Below are positions 26,579 to 32,000 of a stretch of DNA of 32,000 nucleotides, piece by piece; the stretch's first letter is position 1; each line of letters starts with the position of its first letter. The position numbers were made by a program, and so were the translations under genes. Source of the stretch: an uncultured Alphaproteobacteria bacterium (GTDB lineage: Bacteria > Pseudomonadota > Alphaproteobacteria > Rs-D84 > CACZYB01). The stretch lies in NCBI GenBank assembly GCA_934246625.1, contig CAKQHZ010000001.1, forward strand, positions 330,001-362,000, in the 5' to 3' direction. Below the pieces are notes generated by a model, which was not told the DNA's origin, did not search any database, and saw nothing but the letters and a program-made list of their open reading frames with translations.

Positions 26579-28384
26579 CTATATTTTTAATTCTTTCATA
26601 AGACTTTCTGCTTCATCAAGCCATTTTTTAATACTTATATTTATACCCTTTTCCCAGAAATCAGACTTTCGTGGGTCAAGTCCGAATGGTTTCATAAGCT
26701 CGACTGCATTTTTGGTTGAACCTGATTTAAGCATTTCAATATAAAGTTTTTCAAAATCCTTTTTGTTTTCATTTTTAATTGCAAAAAGACTTTGTGTAAA
26801 AAGTTCACCAAATGAGTAAGCATATACATAAAATGGTCGCATAAAATGTCCGACATAACACCAAAGATTTTCCATATTTTCATATTTAAAAATCTCACCA
26901 TCTTTACCATACATTTGTTTTGTAACATCAAGCCAGATTTTATTAAAATCTTCGGTTGAAAGTTTGCCTTCCTTTCGTTTTGTATGTGAAAGTTGTTCAA
27001 ATTCAGAAAATGAAATTTGACGATTAACACTGTTAATCCAATCATTTGCCTTTGATAAAAGAAGGGCAAGTTTTTCCTTTTTATTTTTAATGGTTGAAAG
27101 AAGATATTCAAAGGTCAACATTTCACCAAAAATACTTGCCGTTTCAGCATAGGCCATAGGAGCTTGGGCTTGAAGCACACCTTGGGTTTCGCCAGCAAGT
27201 TGTCCGTGAACAGAATGTCCCAATTCGTGTGCCAAAGTCATAACATCACGAACACTTCCCATATAGTTAAGGAAAGTCCATGTATAAACTTTGCCACCAT
27301 CGGCAATAACTGTGTAATTATAAGCACCACTTGTTTTTCCCTTATATACAGGTGCATCAATACGATTGTTTTTAAAAGAATCCTTTATTAAATTTGCAAG
27401 GGTTGGACTGAAATTGTTATAGCTGTTTAAAACTATATCCACACATTTATCCCATGGAATATAACTTTTACTTTCAAATGGAATTGGGGCATTTCTGTCT
27501 GACCATAAAAGGACTTTCTTTTTTAATAATTTTTTAAGGATATTATAATATCGCTTTCCCTGAATTGAACCATATTTAATAACTGCATTATGTAAAGCCT
27601 CAACCGTTTTATCATCAAGGTTGTTATCAATGTTTCGAGAATCTAAAATATGTTTAAATCCACGTTCTTCATCAAATAAATTCTTTTCACCCATTACAAC
27701 ATTTAGGGCGCGAGTCCTTAGATTTTCATAACCTGAGGTTGCAAGAACTTTGTTAATTTCGGTTAAGGACTTTTGTCTTAACTTTGATTTATGTGAAGTA
27801 TTTGAAATATGCAAAATTTCAGAAAGGTTATAAGTTTTTCTTCCAAGTTTAAAGGAAAGTTTTGTTTCCTCCTCGTCTAACATATCATCCCATTCATTAG
27901 AGGTAAATGGAGAAAGTTTTGATACAATTGTTTCAACTTTTTCATCAAGAAAATGTTTTGCATTTGCTCTGATTTTATCAAAATATGGTTTATGTTTTTT
28001 TAAAAGGTCAGATGATGTTAATTGCTTATCATAATCTTGTTTTGAAAGTTTTGTTAACTCTATATCAAAAAAGGAAAGAGTTGATAGGTATTTTGAAAGG
28101 TCCTCTGATGCCTTTGACATTTGTTTTTTGATTTGTTGATTATCGGCATCACGACTGCTCATTAAATAAAAATATGCAAAAATTTTTGATGTAATCTCAT
28201 CAATTTCTATTAAAGTTTGCATTGCTTCGTTTAATTTTGTATTTAACTTTCCCTTATAATTTTTTAACATTTTTTGGGAAAGTTTTTTAACGGTTTCAAT
28301 ATCTGATGCAATTTTTTTATCGTGTATTGATTTATAAAAAGGACTTAAATCCCAACGAACACTTTCTAAACTATTATTTTTCAT
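26579..28384 (-). CDS. pepF: oligoendopeptidase F (M3B)
   Basis: HELGHSVH zinc motif and M3B length. I prefer the ATG at 28384 (GGAGG SD at 28389-28393 on the minus strand; MKNNSLESVRWDL) over the track's start at 28435. Confidence 0.88.
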   Translation of the reverse strand: MKNNSLESVRWDLSPFYKSIHDKKIASDIETVKKLSQKMLKNYKGKLNTKLNEAMQTLIEIDEITSKIFAYFYLMSSRDADNQQIKKQMSKASEDLSKYLSTLSFFDIELTKLSKQDYDKQLTSSDLLKKHKPYFDKIRANAKHFLDEKVETIVSKLSPFTSNEWDDMLDEEETKLSFKLGRKTYNLSEILHISNTSHKSKLRQKSLTEINKVLATSGYENLRTRALNVVMGEKNLFDEERGFKHILDSRNIDNNLDDKTVEALHNAVIKYGSIQGKRYYNILKKLLKKKVLLWSDRNAPIPFESKSYIPWDKCVDIVLNSYNNFSPTLANLIKDSFKNNRIDAPVYKGKTSGAYNYTVIADGGKVYTWTFLNYMGSVRDVMTLAHELGHSVHGQLAGETQGVLQAQAPMAYAETASIFGEMLTFEYLLSTIKNKKEKLALLLSKANDWINSVNRQISFSEFEQLSHTKRKEGKLSTEDFNKIWLDVTKQMYGKDGEIFKYENMENLWCYVGHFMRPFYVYAYSFGELFTQSLFAIKNENKKDFEKLYIEMLKSGSTKNAVELMKPFGLDPRKSDFWEKGINISIKKWLDEAESLMKELKI

Positions 28385-28509
28385 AATGCCTCCATATTTT
28401 TTATTTATTATAGGATATAAATTGGCAAAAGGCAAAAGTAAAATCGTGAAATTCTTTCTTTACTTTATAATATTTACTTTGTAGAATAATTTAAGTTTTT
28501 TAAACAACG

Positions 28510-29319
28510 ATGGAAAGTAGTATGGGAAAATATTTAGACAGAGTCCAAAATGATAAGATTCAAATAAGACTTGTAAAAAATAAAGAAGAACTTGTTGCTG
28601 CACAAAAGCTAAGATACAAAATATTTTTTGAAGAATGTGGTGCAACATCTTCTAATCCTCAAGTTGAAATTGAAAAACGCGATTTTGATGAATTTGATGA
28701 TTTTTGCGACCATTTAATTGCTATTGATAAAAATGCTGGTGATAATCCAGAAGATTACATCATTGGAACATACCGATTGATGCGTAAAGATGGTGCAAAA
28801 AAATGTGGTAAATGGTATTCACAAACCGAATTTGAAGTTGAAAAGTTCAATGATTATGAAGGTGAAGTTTTGGAACTTGGTCGTTCTTGTGTTGCACAAA
28901 ATCACAGAACAAAACTTGTTATGCAAATGTTGTGGAATGGACTTGCCGCTTATATGTTTGATTATGATATAAAGTTAATGTTTGGTTGTGGAAGTTTCCA
29001 TGGAACTGATTTGAATGAGTATAAACAAGCTCTTTCATATTTGCACTATAACTTTATGACTTCTGGAAAACTTGATATTTCTGCAAAGGGTGAAAATAAA
29101 CGTGCGATGGATTTGCTCCCTAAAGAAGAAGTTGATGATAAAAAAGCATTGCTTGAAATTCCAACTATGATAAAGGGTTATCTTCGTGCAGGTGCAAAAA
29201 TTGGAAATTCTGTATGGATTGATTGGGATTTTAATTGCTTTGATGTTTGTATCATTTTTGAAATGAAAGATTTAAGGGCAAAATATCTTAAACATTACGA
29301 AAATGAAATAAAAAAATAA
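28510..29319 (+). CDS. OlsB-type GNAT N-acyl amino acid (lyso-ornithine-lipid-like) synthase
   Basis: IRLVKNKEELVAAQKLRYKIFFEE...RDFDEFDDFCDHLIAID...IGTYRLM...LELGRSCV...MFGCGSF matches the OlsB/hemolysin-like acyltransferase pattern. The start may be the ATG at 28522, which has GGAAAG upstream. Confidence 0.75.
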   Translation: MESSMGKYLDRVQNDKIQIRLVKNKEELVAAQKLRYKIFFEECGATSSNPQVEIEKRDFDEFDDFCDHLIAIDKNAGDNPEDYIIGTYRLMRKDGAKKCGKWYSQTEFEVEKFNDYEGEVLELGRSCVAQNHRTKLVMQMLWNGLAAYMFDYDIKLMFGCGSFHGTDLNEYKQALSYLHYNFMTSGKLDISAKGENKRAMDLLPKEEVDDKKALLEIPTMIKGYLRAGAKIGNSVWIDWDFNCFDVCIIFEMKDLRAKYLKHYENEIKK

Positions 29320-29320
29320 C

Positions 29321-29351
29321 AAAAAAGGAGGCTTTGACACCTCCTTTTTTT
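29321..29351. terminator. bidirectional Rho-independent terminator
   Basis: Stem GGAGG (29327-29331) / CCTCC (29340-29344) with an 8-nt loop. A6 upstream and T7 downstream. It lies between convergent genes. Confidence 0.75.
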
Positions 29352-29374
29352 ACTAACAAACAAACGAGAAGTTT

Positions 29375-29956
29375 TTATAAATTGCTTTCTACAAAATCCC
29401 AATTTATTAAGTGCTTTAAAAAATTGTCTATGTATTCGGCTCTTTTATTTTGATAATCTAAATAGTAAGCGTGTTCCCATAAATCAAGCGTTAAAAGTGG
29501 TGTTTGATTATGGGCGATTGGATTATCTGCATTTGAAGTTTTGGTGATTTTTATTTCACCTGCTTCCTTTACAAGCCAAACCCAACCTGAACCAAAAACA
29601 CTGTTCGCAACTGTTCTAAATTGTTCAATAAAATTTTCTTTACTTTTAAAGGTAAACAAAAGCTGGTATGGGAACGATGATTTGCTATCATTCGCAAGAC
29701 ATTTAAAGAAAAAATTATGATTATATACTTGAGCAGAATTGTTAAAAATGCTTTTGGTATCTTTTGAATTACTTGATTCAATTATAATTTTCTTAAGTGT
29801 ATAATTTTCAAATGATGTATTTTTTATAAGGTTATTCAAATTTGAAATATATCCTGCGAAATGCTTATCATAATGAAAATTCATTGTATTTTCAGATATA
29901 TAAGGTATTAAGTTATCCTTTTCATAACTTAATGGGTAGTCATTTAATTCAAACAT
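29375..29956 (-). CDS. Fe/Mn-type superoxide dismutase
   Basis: 193 aa with FHYDKHFAGY and DLWEHAYYLDYQNKR metal-ligand motifs. Metal specificity cannot be called by eye. Confidence 0.92.
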   Translation of the reverse strand: MFELNDYPLSYEKDNLIPYISENTMNFHYDKHFAGYISNLNNLIKNTSFENYTLKKIIIESSNSKDTKSIFNNSAQVYNHNFFFKCLANDSKSSFPYQLLFTFKSKENFIEQFRTVANSVFGSGWVWLVKEAGEIKITKTSNADNPIAHNQTPLLTLDLWEHAYYLDYQNKRAEYIDNFLKHLINWDFVESNL

Positions 29957-30034
29957 TTTATCTCCTTTGTGTTGAATAAAATTTAATATACTTTATTCTT
30001 TTTTGCAATAAGAACAAAAACCCAATATTATTTG

Positions 30035-30062
30035 TTGACAAATTTATTTTTTCTGCTATATC
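30035..30062 (+). promoter_or_regulatory. possible sigma70 promoter for the small CxxC protein gene
   Basis: Perfect -35 TTGACA (30035-30040), 16-nt spacer, TATATC (30057-30062). It lies about 30 nt upstream of the ATG. Confidence 0.3.
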
Positions 30063-30090
30063 TCTATTATATTATAAAAAGGGGTAAAAT

Positions 30091-30384
30091 ATGAAAAAAC
30101 AAAAAAATATAAAAGATGATTTATTAGTTAACTTATGTAATGGTTGTTCAAAAAAAGATGGTTTTTGCAAATGTTTTAATGGTAATATTTTTAATATTTA
30201 CATAAAAGATATTTATGCAAAAAAAGAAATTAAAAAAATTATTGTTGAAGGGGTTATCGATGGATTACAAACCTCTGAAATTATTAAAAAAATCAATAAC
30301 TTTACAAAAGATTCAATCAAAATAAAGCAAAATAAAATTACAAGAGCATTTAATATAAGTTATCAATTTTCTCGCTCTAAATAA
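30091..30384 (+). CDS. small lysine-rich hypothetical protein with N-terminal Cys cluster
   Basis: 97 aa. AAGGGG SD lies 7 nt upstream. CNGCSKKDGFCKC cluster, then a helical K-rich C-terminal half. The 3' end overlaps the miaB 3' end by 8 nt (convergent). It could be a compositional ORF. Confidence 0.45.
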   Translation: MKKQKNIKDDLLVNLCNGCSKKDGFCKCFNGNIFNIYIKDIYAKKEIKKIIVEGVIDGLQTSEIIKKINNFTKDSIKIKQNKITRAFNISYQFSRSK

Positions 30385-31750
30385 TTTCTCCTTTTAAGTT
30401 GGCATAATTACCTGATGTAATTTTTACATTTTGAATTGTGCCAATTAAATTTTTATCGGCTTTGACTATTACCGGTTGAAGATATTCGTTTTTACCAATA
30501 ATATATTGCTCATCAACCTTTGATATATCCGTAAATAAAACCTGCATAACTTTACCAACACAAGATTTATTAAAAGCATCTTGTTGCTTTCTTAATTCTT
30601 GTTGAAGAAGACGAAGTCGTTCTGCCTTTACCTTATTATCAATTTGTCCGTCCATTGTTGCCGCAGGTGTATGGGGACGAGGTGAGTATTTGAAAGCATA
30701 GCATTGTATAAACTTTACTTTTTTCACCATATCCAAAGTTTGCTGAAAATCCTCCTCTGTTTCAGTTGGAAAACCAACAATAAAATCAGATGAAATTTGA
30801 ATTTCTGGATTTGCTGTTTTTAATTTTTCAATTATTTCAAGATATTTTTCACGAGTATATTTACGATTCATTTTATGCAAAATTTCATTGCTTCCAGATT
30901 GAATTGGTAAATAAACAAGTGGCATAAGTTTTTTTTCTGATTTGTGAAGTTCAATCATATCGTTTGTAATTTTTGATGGATATGATGTTGTATAACGAAT
31001 CCTTTGTATATTTGGAAGTTTGGCAACTTTTGCAATTAAATCACCAAGTGTTGATGGTTTACCATTTTCATCAACACCATTAAAGCTGTCGACATTTTGA
31101 CCCAATAAATTTATTTCAACAACACCCAAATCATTAAGATGTTTTGCTTCGTTCATAATATCTGCTATGGCTCGAGATACTTCACGACCACGTGTATTTG
31201 GCACAACACAATAAGTGCAGAAGTTATCACAACCTTCTTGGACTTGGATAAATGCAACCTTATCAGATTTTTCAAGTGGTGGAAGGCAATCAAATTTTTC
31301 AAGACCTGATAATTCTGTATTTATTAAATGAAGTGGTTTTTTCTTTTTACCCTTTGGTGGAATTTGATTTCTATCTTCAATTACCTGATGTAAAAAATCT
31401 GGTAATAGGTGATATTTTTGTGAAGAAAGAACAATAGATACAAAAGGTGCACGTTTGAAAATGTTTTCACCTTCGGCCTTTGCAACACAACCAAGTATTG
31501 CAAAAATAGGCAAAGTTTTTTTATTTTTTTCGTAAAGTTTTCTAAGTCTTCCTATTTCTGAAAAAATTTTTGCACTTGCCTTTTCTCTTATATAACAAGT
31601 ATTGAAAATGATAATATCAGCATTAGTTTCACAATCAGATGAACAAAAACCCTGTTCGATTAAATGATGTGTAATACGAACAGAATCATAGGCATTCATT
31701 TGACAACCAAATGATTTTAAGTGAAATATATGTTGACCATTTTCGTTCAT
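30377..31750 (-). CDS. miaB: tRNA (i6A37) methylthiotransferase MiaB
   Basis: 457 aa. UPF0004 N-terminal domain (FGCQMN), radical-SAM CDNFCTYC, and a TRAM C-terminal domain. Confidence 0.93.
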   Translation of the reverse strand: MNENGQHIFHLKSFGCQMNAYDSVRITHHLIEQGFCSSDCETNADIIIFNTCYIREKASAKIFSEIGRLRKLYEKNKKTLPIFAILGCVAKAEGENIFKRAPFVSIVLSSQKYHLLPDFLHQVIEDRNQIPPKGKKKKPLHLINTELSGLEKFDCLPPLEKSDKVAFIQVQEGCDNFCTYCVVPNTRGREVSRAIADIMNEAKHLNDLGVVEINLLGQNVDSFNGVDENGKPSTLGDLIAKVAKLPNIQRIRYTTSYPSKITNDMIELHKSEKKLMPLVYLPIQSGSNEILHKMNRKYTREKYLEIIEKLKTANPEIQISSDFIVGFPTETEEDFQQTLDMVKKVKFIQCYAFKYSPRPHTPAATMDGQIDNKVKAERLRLLQQELRKQQDAFNKSCVGKVMQVLFTDISKVDEQYIIGKNEYLQPVIVKADKNLIGTIQNVKITSGNYANLKGEII

Positions 31751-31800
31751 TTTCGTTTTACCTTTGCTTTTTATTTTTTCATATCACTAAAATATTATTA

Positions 31801-31822
31801 AGGGGAATTAACTTTCCCCTTT
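31801..31822 (-). terminator. hairpin downstream of gatB (weak terminator candidate)
   Basis: AAGGGGA (31801-31807) / TCCCCTT (31816-31822) with an 8-nt loop. The trailing U-run on the minus strand is interrupted (AATAATATTTT). Confidence 0.3.
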
Positions 31823-31826
31823 TAAC

Positions 31827-32000
31827 TAACCTAATTTTTGTTTTAAAATTTGGTTCACGATTTGTGGGTTTGCTTGACCTTTCATTGCCTTTAAGGTTTG
31901 ACCAACGAACCAACCGAAAAGTTGAACCTTTCCACCCTTATAAGCATTTACATTGTCAGGTGATGATGCAATAATTTCATCAATCACTTTTTCAATGGCT
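31827..32000 (-). CDS. gatB: Asp/Glu-tRNA amidotransferase subunit B, C-terminal fragment (continues beyond window)
   Basis: Minus-strand translation reads ...AIEKVIDEIIASSPDNVNAYKGGKVQLFGWFVGQTLKAMKGQANPQIVNQILKQKLG*. This matches the GatB/YqeY C-terminal domain. The stop codon is at 31827-31829. Confidence 0.85.

Noticed and set aside
28385-28435. Upstream start for pepF (MPFANLYPIINKKYGGI...).
   Set aside because: A GGAGG SD sits immediately upstream of the ATG at 28384. M3B proteins typically begin close to the MKNN..W.L motif. The upstream codons lie in what looks like the promoter/leader.

Overview
AT-rich, gene-dense chromosomal window from a Gram-negative bacterium using the standard code (TGA is used as a stop). 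The gene content looks alphaproteobacterium-like and host-associated or genome-reduced: a Mic60-like plus HemY_N pair, a ZauP-like/ZapA pair, an OlsB-type N-acyltransferase, an MPP-like M16 peptidase, and YfgM-BamB. I call about 36 CDS and 3 tRNAs (Ser-GGA, Asn-GUU, Val-GAC, all with encoded CCA). I also call several hairpin plus T-run terminators and two GC-rich structured 5' leaders. Most genes are housekeeping: fabD-fabG, serS, a DEAD-box helicase, rho, recR, mreB, rph, ruvB, dnaJ, pepF, SOD, miaB and the gatB 3' end. No transposase, integrase, CRISPR array or recognisable defence system was seen. The only accessory-looking island is about 10.68-12.26 kb. It holds two signal-peptide, cysteine-rich, eukaryote-like proteins; one carries CxxC ephrin-receptor/TNFR-like repeats plus an ALK-like glycine-rich domain. 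Each is preceded by a leader far more GC-rich than its surroundings, with mutually exclusive C-tract/G-tract/Shine-Dalgarno pairings. The first leader folds by eye into a roughly 115-nt four-way junction that I cannot assign to any riboswitch or RNA family I know. This is my best candidate for an undescribed regulatory system. Secondary points are: tandem divergent GalU-like paralogs with patchy near-identical nucleotide tracts, a Mic60-like plus truncated HemY_N pair without heme genes, a eukaryote-type phosphomannomutase, an Fe-S-motif U32 protein, and a very acidic motif-repeat protein. All folds and homology calls were made by eye from sequence and the ORF track. None has been verified computationally.
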